Shown in pieces: positions 1 to 12,743 of a stretch of 63,459 bases of DNA. Numbering within the stretch: the stretch's first letter is position 1; every line of letters begins with the position of its first letter. The notes beneath the pieces are model-generated. The model searched no databases. It had not been told where the DNA came from and saw only the letters and a program-made list of their open reading frames with translations. Source of the stretch: Octopus bimaculoides. Its lineage: Eukaryota. Made by a program: the position numbers and the translations under genes. The stretch spans positions 15,911,125 through 15,974,583 of the forward strand of contig NC_068995.1 of NCBI RefSeq assembly GCF_001194135.2, in the 5' to 3' direction.

Positions 1-322
1 AATCCCAGCAATGGCTGAGAAGCTCAGGACTCAAAGCAGAGACTGAAGGATTTTTAATTGCTGCACAAGACCAGAGCCTCCCCACCAGAAATTACCAAAA
101 ACACATAATGAAAAGAAATATAACAAGTAACTGTAGAATATGTGGAGATGGACAAGAAACAATAAATCATATTATCTCTGGCTGCCCAGTCCTGGCTAAG
201 AAGGAATATATCCACAGACACGACAGAGCTGGGACCTATATACACTGGAAGCTATGCCAACACTATGGAATAACAACAGAAAAAAGATGGTATAAACACA
301 CGCCAGAAAAGGTCACAGAAAT
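1..322 (+). mobile_element. Dong/R4-clade non-LTR retrotransposon fragment (C-terminal CCHC region)
   Basis: AAQDQSLPTRNYQKHIMK...CRICGDGQETINHIISGC...RHD...IHWKLCQHYG...WYKHTPEKVTE; runs off the window edge and is interrupted near 322. Confidence 0.85.
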
Positions 323-810
323 GCAAATAGAAAATTTACCACTTCTATGAAAGGAGATAAATTTTGCCACACATGTTGAAAGAAAATATGTAAGAGGTTC
401 TGGGTAAACAACATTCTTTGTTCTCTGGTTTGGAACATAGGCAAATACGTCTTTCAAACTGCCTACCCTGAGCAACCAACAAAGTGACTATGAGAAAAGC
501 AAACCAGCAGATTTCAGAGAGTAACCTTGAGCTTTATTAGTAGACATTGCAAAGCAAAGTCGCACTGGGAATTGTGTTCTTTTGAACTTAAATGGCATGT
601 GTGTTGGTTTGATTGGAAATCGTGGAATGAAAATCTCTTCGCCAGAGGTACATCCAGTGATGATGGTAGCTTTTGTCACATTAGGTGATAATGTCTTCAC
701 AATCAACCATGTCCCATTGCATAGTTTAGGATGATCTAAATTTCTTAGAAGCATTATTGGGACTCCTACCTTCAGAAAAAGTTTGTGGAAGAATTCCAGG
801 GCTCTCAAGA
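323..810 (-). mobile_element. Helitron PIF1-like helicase C-terminal fragment (frameshifted)
   Basis: LKVGVPIMLLRNLDHPKLCNGT...IPRFPI...FKRTQFPVRLCFAMSTNKAQG..L, then RVGS...TKNVVYPEPL in another frame. Confidence 0.9.
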
Positions 811-1317
811 GAATTAAGGAAATCTTTTGGGTAAACAGGGATAGGGTTGGGGTTAAGAATTCGCTAGTTAAAGCTAAGGATCAAAACGAGGAGGGCAGAG
901 ATATCACAAAGTTTAGGAGTATTCTGTGGATATAGGTTGAATGTAGGGGGAGGATATGAAATAAATTAAATGATTAGACTAACTATTGCGGAATTATAGT
1001 GTCTTGTGCGACGAAAAATATCTGGTAGACGAAAAATATGTAGGATGTTGCTATAAATAAGAATATGTTATATGGCATAGTGGAGACCACTTGTAATATG
1101 AGGATGTGTGCTTTGAAAGGAATTATCAACTTAACAAATAAAGCGTCGGGAAATACATGGTAATAATAGTAGCGTGCTACCTGTCATTAAGGAGTACGAA
1201 GAATATATGGGGTTACGTAATAATTTTCGCCTAGTACCCTAACTGGTGCAAATCTTTTCAAGTACCCGATAAGGTGAGATCTAAAATAAAGATATCATTT
1301 TCCTTGTACGTATTTGT

Positions 1318-1370
<53 letters not shown>

Positions 1371-1371
<1 letters not shown>

Positions 1372-1565
1372 TGGATTTGGTTTGCAAGATTCTTTATATT
1401 ATTTCGTGTGTTCAAGTATATTCTGTTGATTCTGGGGAGAGTCAATCTATTTTAGTACCTTATAATTTAACACACTCACCAGCTAATTTTCCACTGATTT
1501 ACTTATTTCTTTTTCTAAAAATTTTCGTTGCGTCTTGCAACCGTTTCAATAGTTGTTGACTCTGT
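1371..1565. repeat. Unclassified interspersed repeat (tctggggagagtca...gttgcgtcttgcaa); further copies at 3770-3896 (inverted), 4150-4262 and 4272-4432 (inverted)
   Basis: Direct sequence comparison of the four copies. Confidence 0.75.
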
Positions 1566-1699
1566 TAGTTTTTCAAGCTGCGTTCTTTTGGTTTGTGAAC
1601 GTATGTGTAGGATAGTATGTGTACGCGACTACACATGTATGTATATATGCATGCATGTAAATGTGAGTATGCATATATGTATGTGTGTGACTATTTAGA

Positions 1700-3190
1700 C
1701 GAACATGGCCTCAGTAGATTCTGCCCCACCATTTCACAGACGAGAAGACCACTGACTATCACCTCAGCAGTGAAGATAAGCGCCGCAGAGCGCTGGAGTG
1801 GCTGGAGTGCCTACCCAAGACCCTGAGAACAACAATCAAGTGAACAAAATGATTGACCATGCAATAAGTTTTAGCATAAGAACCACCTTGAAGAACCAGA
1901 TAGTAATGTTTAACAAGAAACTATACATACAGGTTCAAGGTGCAGCCTTTGGCGTCAGTGTAGTTGGAGATGTGGCCGGCCTCTTCATGACCTGGTGGGA
2001 CAAAAAACTTAAGCAATCCTTAGCAGAAAAGTCCACACCTCTTCTACTTTACAGTAGGTATGTAGATAAGATTAATATCCTAGTACAGACCAAGTATAGT
2101 AGCAGTAATGTAGAACCTGAGAGGGACATAATGGAGAGCATCCAGCATGCAAGTAAGTAACTATATCCACCAAAGTACCAATGTAACTATAGATTACCCC
2201 ACTACGCACGCCAAAAATAGACTCCCCGTCCTTGATACTGAACTTTGGTTAGAGACTGTGAACAACAGAGTGTAGCTTCTCCATTACTATTACATGAACA
2301 CTATGGCTTCGAAATAGGTTGTTCACGAGGACTCAGCTTTGTCACACAACATGAAAATTAACATACTAACAGCAGACTTGTTAGGATAACGAACAACGTA
2401 TCCCCACTAGGCAAACACTTTAAAACGAGGAAACATGTACAGAACATCATGCACCGTATGCAATTCTCTGCATATGGTCAGAAAGATAAGGTTCGAGTAT
2501 ACAGGGATGATAGAAAGAAGTTAGATAACATTATATGTAATGAACTTAATGGTACCTGTCCTAGATATAAAATCAAATAATGGAAAAGGATACAGAGAGC
2601 TTGTGACAAAGCAAACATGGTGAACACCTGGTATAAACCCAACAAATATCAAGGAGTGATGTTTGTAGAGGCCACCGCCCACGGAGAACTAACCCGTAGA
2701 TTTAGGAAAACTCTGAAGGAGACCAAACGCAACATTAAGATTGTTGAAAAGGCAGGGAACTCCATCAGATCACAACTATGTGGGACGTACACATTTGAGA
2801 ATACCATATGCACCAATGATAACAGCATGGTATGTAGGATTAGCCCTGGCATTAACTGGACAACTAAATATGTAGCCTACAGCATAAGATGCATAGAAGG
2901 CACTTGTAAAGACATGAACATGACACACATTAGAGAGACATCTAGGAGTATTGCGGAAAGGCTAAATAGACATTTGAGACAATACGACGACAAAAAAAAA
3001 ACAGTCCTCCATACTCTATCAGCATGCCAAGGACCATGATGGAGGCAACCTGGGTCAACTTGACAACCGCATTTTATCCAAGCACCCGAAATACCCAACA
3101 CTCAGACAAGTAGAGGGGTACGTTCACATAAATGAAACATCGCCATTACTAAATAGGAAATATACGTAGTAGATAATCAAAGCCGCATAG
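1700..3190 (+). mobile_element. Penelope-like retroelement (RT + GIY-YIG endonuclease), 5'-truncated and degenerate
   Basis: QVQGAAFGVSVVGDVAGLFM...YSRYVDK (RT motifs); VAYSIRC...RETSRSIAERLNRH (GIY-YIG). Confidence 0.88.
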
Positions 3191-3991
3191 CTACAGTTTA
3201 TATTTATATACAGGTAGAATAGTTAGTGGGCTGTTATGTAGATGTATGTATGTGTGTGCGTAAATATGTATATGTATATTTATATGCACATGTATGTAGG
3301 CAAATAGATATGAATGTAAACAGATAGACATACTGACAGATAGGTATATAGGTAATATGGACAAACAAGCACACATACACACATGTACGAATGACGACTG
3401 AAACGCATGATCTTATACACATACACTTCACACAAGAATACATATGGAGACACACGTACACACATATACAGATATACATCCATACATACAGACACAGAAC
3501 AAAGTCACAAAAACCCATACACACAGACATACTCAGACATGCGCACACAAGGAGACATGTACACACACACACATAAAAGCACACAAATACATGAATATGC
3601 AGAATACAGACGTACAAACGTACACACGCACATACACACATACGTACAGACGCACATATATACGTGCATACACACTTACATGGATGTATACATACATGTG
3701 TATGTGCGCACACACACTGACCCCACACATGCGCACAAACAAACAAAAAGAACGCACCTCGAATAACGGATAGAGTCAACAACTATTGAAAAGATTGCAA
3801 GACGCAACGAAAGATTTAGAAGAATAAATGAGCGTAAATTTTACCAGTGACTGTTAAATTATAAGGCATATAAAGAGAATGACTGTCCCCAGACACANNN
3901 NNNNNNNNNNNNNNNNNNNNNNNNNNNNNNNNNNNNNNNNNNNNNNNNNNNNNNNNNNNNNNNNNNNNNNNNNNNNNNNNNNNNNNNNNNN

Positions 3992-4032
<41 letters not shown>

Positions 4033-4444
4033 TATATGAACATATACACATATGTATATTTACACTTTTGTATATATCAATATAACATACATATATCTCT
4101 ATGTCTCATATATATAATTTCACACACACACACACACACACTCATTATATTGTGTCTGGGGAGAGTCATCCTCTTTTAGTGCCTTATTATTTAACACACT
4201 TACCTGTTTGATTTCCACTTACTTATTTATTTTTTCTAAACTTTTTCGTTGCGTCTTAAAACATTTTCAATATCGAAAAAATTGCAAGACGCAACGAAAA
4301 TTTTTGAAAAATAAATAACTAAATGAGTGGAAATCGAACCATTGAATGTGCAAACTAGAAAAGCACTAAAAGATAATGACTTTCCCGAAACACAATAAAA
4401 CATATTCACATAAAGAATCTTGCAAACCAAATACAATTCAATAC

Positions 4445-4476
<32 letters not shown>

Positions 4477-4965
4477 TCGTGTTTATGAGATTTTAAATTC
4501 TCATTATTATCACGTTTTGAGCATTTGTGGCCAACAAACTGTTTATGATGCTGAATAAAAGATAGACTAAGCTCTGCATTCTTTAGATGCAACAAGAACA
4601 AGATGATAAGATACAACTTCATCATTAGCTTATTCAGTGGTTCTCTGTCAGGTTCTCAAAAGGAAAAAATAAAGTCCATCTGATATTGTTCATTTAAGTT
4701 TCCCCCTTTTATACGCTATTTTCTAACACATATTTGTGAGGGCATATACGAATATATGCATGTATTGTTTAGTGAGGATACGTATGCACCACTTACATAC
4801 ATACGAATAACGATACACATACAGACACATAGACACACACATACACTCGCACACACACACATACACTTACACATATATTTATATTCATATCTACTTATGT
4901 GTGCGCGTCAAGACTGATATGCGAAAACAAATACATGATCGAGCACTAAGTTACACACACACACA

Positions 4966-5008
<43 letters not shown>

Positions 5009-5253
5009 GCGCACACGCACACACAGATGCATCTAAACGCGCATGCAATCAGGTTGGCGAATCTCGACCGCACACCACAGACCATCGCAGACACTGCGGC
5101 GCTCGCTCCCCCCCTCAAATTCCATGATATACAAACACACACTCACAAGAGTGCCTAACGACATTGCTACGGCTCTCACCCTCCCAGATCCGGGTGCACT
5201 TTAAGGTTAATAACCCTTTTAGGATTAGACCACTTTGCATATTTCTTTCCGTT

Positions 5254-5290
<37 letters not shown>

Positions 5291-5808
5291 TAAGCTTTCC
5301 ATCATACACGTTATCACAGCAACTGAGCATTACGTCACGTCATTTCAGATAAAAGTCACCTCATACATCTTCAAAAACTAATCATGATAATAATTATCGT
5401 TTCTACATTTTTACTATAGGCAAAAGGTTTGAAATTGCAAGAAAGGAGGGCAACATGTCGATTACATCGACCCCAGTGCTCAAATGCTACTAATTTTATC
5501 GACTCCAATAGTATGAAAGACAAGGTCGACATCGGCGAAATTTGAACGCAAAACGTGAAAACCGAATGATGATAATAATCACTATTTCAAATTTTGCCAC
5601 AAGTGCAGCTTGGGGGAGATAGGGGTGAGTCAATTACAACGACCTCAGTGTTCAACTGGTACTTATTTTATCGAAAGTATGACTGACAAAGTCAACCTCG
5701 ACGGAATTTCAACTCACAACGTAGCGACAGGCGAAATTCCGCTAAGCATTTCACGGCGTGCTAACGATTCTGTTGATGATAAGGATTGAAGGAGGACAAG
5801 AATGAAGG

Positions 5809-5873
<65 letters not shown>

Positions 5874-6019
5874 ATACTACTGATAATCATATCCTCTTTG
5901 TTGGCCACAAAGACCCAAAAAGTGATAATAATGAGAATTAGAAAATAAAGTGGAACCTAACACACAAGCAAGTGTAAATAACCAATTATAATCAACACCA
6001 AAGTTCATACAATAAAATT

Positions 6020-6815
6020 TCCTAACAGTGGGTAATCCTACTCAGGAACAGCCAAGGAAATCCACACACCCTGGTCACCCAAATCTCCAAGGGTTTCCTT
6101 GGAAGGTACCCCTTTCTTCCACATCTTGAGAACAAAATTGAGTGGGGTGAGAGAATGGCTGCTCCCCAATATATATATATATATATATATTTTGAAAAAA
6201 TGGGATAATATAGCAAGGGTATCCCATGTGAACTGACATATCGGGAGCATGTGCCTGTAGGCCGGTGGGAATGAATAGGAGAAAGGTGCCCGTTTCCTTC
6301 GGTGTGCTTGGGGATCGGGGTAAGCAGGATGGGTGGGGTTCCGTCGTTGCCCGCTGCTGGAAATTACACGTCTTTTGGGAATCTCATTCTCTATGGCTTC
6401 ATTGTTCATTATCTCAACATTTTTTCTGTTCACAAGTGTTACATGTAACTCAACCAGTGTCCTTATTGTGTATCGTCCCTTCGTTGTGCAGCCCTTGTAG
6501 CCCAAAAAGAAGGAATCATTATTATTATTCCATATTGGCACAACAGCTTAGACTGTTGGTATGAACCTCCTACAACGCGTAACCTTAGATGCCAAGAAGC
6601 TTTCTAAGTATCTTATCTGTTTCTAGTAATACTGTTCTCTGGAGCTGCACTAAACTAGATTTTACGCCTATTTCCCCTATGGGTTTGTTCAAATCTTTAG
6701 GAATATTTGCTAATTTACGTATAACTAAAGATATACATTTTGCCACTCTTTCCGGTGTCAGAGGACGCGGGACTTTTACGGTGTCTTCTACCAAATTTGA
6801 AAGAAATATTATTAC
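6020..6815 (-). mobile_element. Dong/R4-type LINE 3' end (ORF terminus plus 3' UTR)
   Basis: IPKDLNKPIGEIGVKSSLVQLQRTVLLETDKILRKLLGI* matches the LQK..LL.T..ILR..L terminus also seen at 17370-17429. Confidence 0.7.
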
Positions 6816-7029
6816 TATTAATTATGCGGGGACGTAGCAGAATCACCAGTGCACCGTACACAATGCTTTGTGGCTTTTCCTCTGCCCTTACGTTTTGAGT
6901 TCAAATTCTGCAGGGCTGCAGTTTGTCTTTCGTCTCGTCAGGGTCGACAAAGTACCAATTGAACACTGGAGTCAATGTAATCGACTTACCCACTCCTCCA
7001 AAAATTGAAGCCTTGTACCTATAAGAAGG

Positions 7030-7101
<72 letters not shown>

Positions 7102-7319
7102 GTTGTTGTTGTTCTTTATCGCCAACACAGTTTGTGCTTTTGAAGCTTCGTAAGTCTGCGCTTTGTTTTTCTAATTAGAAGTTTAACTTAATTTTAGTGT
7201 TGTATCATGAGTCCATATTCGCCTGGATCAATTTGGTTTGATCAAATGTTGGATTTGAAAGGAAAAGTTTTCTTTTCACAACATTGAAAAACTTACAATA
7301 TGGCGTCGTTTTAGTTAAA

Positions 7320-8640
7320 GGTGTGTGGAATATTTGTGATGTTAGTGTGAGATGAAGTGAAGTGGCATATTAAGACCATAAGGAGCAAAGGAATGAAAGA
7401 AAATCAATTCAAATTCATGGCTGTGGCGTTTGTGCAAAGACAATCCGAACCCATAGAGATATCGTGGCGAATGACCACTGGAGAGGAAGTGGCGCGAGAC
7501 TGGGATGTCAGTGCCGAGTCTGGTGTCTCGGAGATGTTCAGTGAAGCGTTCGGCCAAATGATGGTCCATTTAACCTATGTACAGAGAGAGCAGGAGATGC
7601 AGTAAATGACATTGCTGGAGGTGCAAGTAACAGAGTCGGTGATACGATAGGGGCAGTGGGAGTGCCCGTGAGGATAGTGGTGCTGGAGAGGTAGGCGCTG
7701 GTGCAAGAACGTGGGTGAGAAGAGGGGACGGAGCCAGGTTGGGTACCAGGAGTAGGGAAGAAATTGCGGACCACAAAATCACACAGCTTATGAGCGCGTT
7801 TGAAGGGGAAGGTGGATACGCCAGACTGAAGTCCACAAAAGGCTTGGAGAATGGTGCGTTGGAGGAGTAGGGCGGAGAGGTGTTAGGTGAAGAGAAAAGG
7901 TAGGCGGGTAAGGAGAGACAGAGCACAGTATGGTCAACGGATCGAGCCTGGGCAAGGGCAATTCGGATAATGGTGAGGGCCATCCATATACAGTGAAGTG
8001 GCGAGCCATGAGTTGAGTCTTAAACTCATGGTCATCACTGCAGAGCTGTATTTGTAGTAGATGGAGGTGGTGAGAGCGTAGTGGTCTATAATAACAGAAA
8101 CATCGAGGAGGAGTTGGAGGCAGTGCAGGAGAATTCGAGGGCAGGATGGAAGGGTTGAACGAAGGAGACGTAGGAATCAATATGTTTGCGGGAGGTGAGG
8201 TCGCACCACCGATACAATCATCAATACAATGACTGTTTAGCTCAGGAATAGGACTAATGTACTGTGAGAATGTTTGGGCCTCAACATAGCCGTCGAATAG
8301 GTTCGCATAGTCGGGACCCATTCTCGTTCCCATAGCCACTCTCGAGACATATCAGCAAAAATTCCTCCCGAACGAGAAGCGGTTGAGGGAGAGGACAAAA
8401 TCAGTGAAACGAAGCAGAGTGGAGGTGTCAAACTGAGGGCCTGGTAGAAAGACTAACAAGCGTTTAAAGATCAAGATCTTCGTTATGCGGGATCACCGTG
8501 TATAGAGGTTTGATATCAAGAGTGAACAGGAGTCTAGAGAGGCCTGGAAGGAAGGAGAAAGAGTTAGTAAATGGAGAGCATGGTTGGTGTCATGAATGTG
8601 TGAGGGAAGGAAAGCCATTAGGGTGAGCAAGGTTACTGTC
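7320..8640 (-). mobile_element. Penelope-like retroelement (second subfamily), degenerate RT + GIY-YIG
   Basis: LFTLDIKPLYTVIPHNE (RT motif A), AMGTRMGPDYANLF, CIDDC, LAERFTEHLRD...PVSRHF...GHS. Confidence 0.9.
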
Positions 8641-9246
8641 AAAAAATAAATATGAAACTCTATCAAATGTACAATGATCATAATATCTGTAAACGATAAA
8701 TAAAAAAAATATTCATTTGGGTGAATGTTTTACTCATCCATAGCTATACGATTGACGTTCCTGAGAGATATGAAATATTGATGAAATTAAATGTAAATTT
8801 ATGTGATTTAGTTAAAAACCAAACTTATTAATGTCTGTCTTCCGGCATAGTATCACAGTAGACATTTAACCTGGTTTAATTTGCAGGACTGTGTGAACAG
8901 ATCGCTTGTAGTGTTTTCTCGGTTCCACAAGTCTCAGCATAGTTTCGATATTGAAGTTTTGTGCTGTTTCATAAGGTGGCCCTTCATTGGGATGAAACGA
9001 CATGAAATAATAAAAGGAATATCTTAATATATTTAGATGGTTTATCAAAATTATTATGGAAGAAATGGAGCAATAAAAAGAAGTGTAGTCATAAGAATCG
9101 AGAGGCAGAATAAGATAGATAGAGAGGTAGAGATACAGAGCGAGAGGGAGATTGAGAGTAAGAGAAAGAGTGTGTGTGTGAATGAGAGTGAGAGAGAGTG
9201 AGGGTGAGAGAGAGAGTGAGTGAGGGCGAGAGAGATAGATAGAGAA

Positions 9247-9337
<91 letters not shown>

Positions 9338-9500
9338 TGAATAAAAATATAATAGTTTTATTTTTGTACAATTCTTATTCTTTGAAATGTTGCATCTTCA
9401 GAAAATCAGGGGGAACCCCCCAAAATAAAAAGAAGAAAAAAAAACAATAAACGCACGCTGACAGGAAGTGTGTCACAATATAACCATATTTGAACCTTTT
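8640..9500. repeat. Unclassified repeat of about 850 bp with internal (GA)n; second copy at about 11800-12900
   Basis: Colinear similarity on both sides of the (GA)n tract (e.g. gatatgaaatattgatgaaattaaatgtaaatttatg; ggactgtgtgaacag.tcgcttgta.tgttttctcgg). Confidence 0.75.
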
Positions 9501-10559
9501 CAGTGTTATGAAACGCTGGGAAATAACATCAAATAGTTCTTACACCATTTTACATATAGTTATAGACAGTGATTTACCTTGCGTCGGGCCTCGTTCGAGT
9601 CATCCCAACAAATAAAAAACAAAAAAACTATACGTTCATTTATTAATGATATCGACTTTAAAAATGCCTACTGAATTGGATTCAAAGTTAAAGCAATAAA
9701 ATTTCCCACAAGGAAGTAGCCCCACTCGAGAGCAGCCAAGGAACCTCACACGTCCTGGTCACCCACATCTTCAAGTTGATCCCAGGGAGGTACTCCTTTC
9801 CTCCTCATCTCCAACGGCTTAGAGACGCATATTCATAGTAGGTTCATTCACACGGACCATCATCACCACATTCACCCGCCTTTCAGCAAAAATGCTGCGC
9901 CGTAAAAATATTGGAAATTAGTGGCCTAGCAGTACTTCGGGGGTCTTCCCAGATTCGCGACGAGATCTACAGACACAAAAATGCTATCAGATGGACCAGT
10001 CCGAATGATGTGCATAGGGTGATGAAACCGTTCTCCGCTCAGTCGTCCAGTGTTCTGGCATTTCTGACTCGAGTGTTGTCGCCCTGCTGTTGTCGCGTGT
10101 AAAGTGGATTCACTGTGAGAATCGCTCAGTCGCCTTCTTTCGGCCGGGAAGAACAGATAGTTTGCCTCTATCTGATGAGTATGAGAAAGAGGTAGAAAGC
10201 GAACGAGGTTAAAAGGACCTAATATGGATTGTTTCCTCTCTAACTAAGCCTTCATTGATTGTTTCAAATTCCACTTGAGAAGGAAAGTGAGTGTGGTGAG
10301 AGAAGTGCTACGCCGTTGTATTTTTGTTGAAAGATGGTAATGTGGCGAGGTTGACTTGTGTGACAGGTAAAGTGGCGAGGTTGTCTCGTGTGACTTGTAA
10401 GCCGCAGAGAGTGCATGGGAAAAAGGTACTTACCTGTGGTGTCCTTGGTTATCAGAGCAATGAGGATGAGTGGGGTTCCTTTGCTGGAACTTAACCGGCT
10501 TTTAGGAATCTTATTATCTACTATTTTATTGTTCATTGCTACATTCTTCTTATTTTTTT

Positions 10560-10830
10560 TTTGTATATCTACCACTGCACTTTATATTGTATCGTCCTTT
10601 TGCTGTACGGCCCTTATGTCCAGAAAATAAGGAATTATTATCATTCCATATTCGCACATGAGATTAGAATGTTGGGAAAAAAAACAAAAAAAATCCTACC
10701 GTGCATTCAAAGAACCTTTCTAAGTATCTTAGCTCATTTCTGGAGAGGCACTAAACTGGGTTTTATGTCTATTTCCTCTCTCTATTTCTTCAAGTCATTA
10801 GGAATTTACCTAACCCAGTGGTAAAAATTA
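10560..10830 (-). mobile_element. Second copy of the 6020-6815 LINE 3' end
   Basis: Colinear nucleotide similarity to 6460-6700 (tatcgtcc...aaggaat.attat.attccatatt...ctttctaagtatctta). Confidence 0.65.
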
Positions 10831-10998
10831 TAACTTCACGTTCCTGCGTGGTGGGAGACAGTGAGCTGGCAGAATCATTAATGTGCTGGGCGAAATGCTT
10901 AGCGGTATTTCGTTTGTCTCACGCTCTGACTTATTCCACCCACCCAAAAAATTGTTGGTCTCGTGCCAAATTTGAAAGCGATATTATTATTATCATTA

Positions 10999-11062
<64 letters not shown>

Positions 11063-12261
11063 GGCGGAGAGCTAGCAGGATTTTTAGTACGCCGGACAAA
11101 CTGCTTTGTGGCGTTTTATCCGCCCTTACATTTTGAGTTTAAATTCCGCTGATAAAATATGCACCAGTCAGGGTACTAAAGTTAATATAACGAAAATTAA
11201 CCTTCTCCTTCAAATTTGCTGGACAGGTAAATAAATTAGAATCATTTTCTTATTCTGCTTCAGAACTGAGCTTGTGTCTCTCAATGAAACCTATTTCCAT
11301 TTAGGTAGATATGGAACTTGGTAGCTATGTGTCTTTGTCACAGAAATATTTCTGCTAGTAAAAGCATTGCTTTATGTTGCGTATTCTGGTTATACATAGA
11401 CACTGATATTTTTAACATTGATATTTTCTCCTACCGAGGCATGAGTACCACAAATGAAGAAAACTAGTAAATACATGCAGGCATTGAAAGGAAATGAGGT
11501 AACCACTTGTTACCCTCAAAGAGTCCTTAGTAACAATTATTTCTAACATTTTAGAGGAGACAAAAAATTCTGTTTCAGCTATCAGTACTCGAGGGTTTCG
11601 TATTTTATCGACGTAGGAAAGATGACAGCTGAAAATAACTTTTCTAGTAAGATGGAGCATAAAGTCTATCCGAAGCTCTACTAGTTCTATTAATCCGTCA
11701 CCGTTTACAAATAATGAATAATTGAAATAACATGCTTCAGTGACGTCGTGAATTAATATAGTCCAAAGCTAGGTAATGAGATATTATATTTGTTATATTA
11801 TAAACAAAATAAACGTAAAACTCTATAAAAATCACAATGATCATATCTATTAACGATAAATAACAAAAAATATGATTTCTTATACAAAAAATATTTATTT
11901 TGGTGAATGTTTCAGTTACTCATAGCTACACAATTGACGGTCCTTAAAGATATGAAATATTGATGAAATTAAATGTAAATTTATGGGATTTTATTAAAAA
12001 CCAAGCTTATCAATATCTATCTTCCAGCATGGGATCTTAAACATTAAATCTTGTATTTTTTGTAGGACTGTGTGAACAGCTCGCTTGTAATGTTTTCTCG
12101 GGTCCGTAAGTTTCAACCTTGCTTCGGTTTTATCTTCTGAAGTTTTGTGTTCCCTCATGAGGTGACCCTTCATTGGAAAGAATTGACCTGAAATAATACA
12201 AGAAATATATTTTAGTATTTGCAGATAGTTTATCAAAAATATTATGGGAGGTACAAACCAA

Positions 12262-12308
<47 letters not shown>

Positions 12309-12709
12309 NNNNNNNNNNNNNNNNNNNNNNNNNNNNNNNNNNNNNNNNNNNNNNNNNNNNNNNNNNNNNNNNNNNNNNNNNNNNNNNNNNNNNNNNNNNN
12401 NNNNNNNNNNNNNNNNNNNNNNNNNNNNNNNNNNNNNNNNNNNNNNNNNNNNNNNNNNNNNNNNNNNNNNNNNNNNNNNNNNNNNNNNNNNNNNNNNNNN
12501 NNNNNNNNNNNNNNNNNNNNNNNNNNNNNNNNNNNNNNNNNNNNNNNNNNNNNNNNNNNNNNNNNNNNNNNNNNNNNNNNNNNNNNNNNNNNNNNNNNNN
12601 NNNNNNNNNNNNNNNNNNNNNNNNNNNNNNNNNNNNNNNNNNNNNNNNNNNNNNNNNNNNNNNNNNNNNNNNNNNNNNNNNNNNNNNNNNNNNNNNNNNN
12701 NNNNNNNNN

Positions 12710-12743
<34 letters not shown>

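Noticed and set aside
3191-3782. Overlapping 60-180 aa ORFs rich in C/V/Y/M or H/T
   Set aside because: Translations of degenerate (CA)n/(TA)n microsatellite; the same applies to the many YIYI, HTHT, ERER, NNN and III ORFs throughout.
6826-7025. tRNA-like A/B boxes as tRNA genes
   Set aside because: No cloverleaf; they are heads of multi-copy SINEs.
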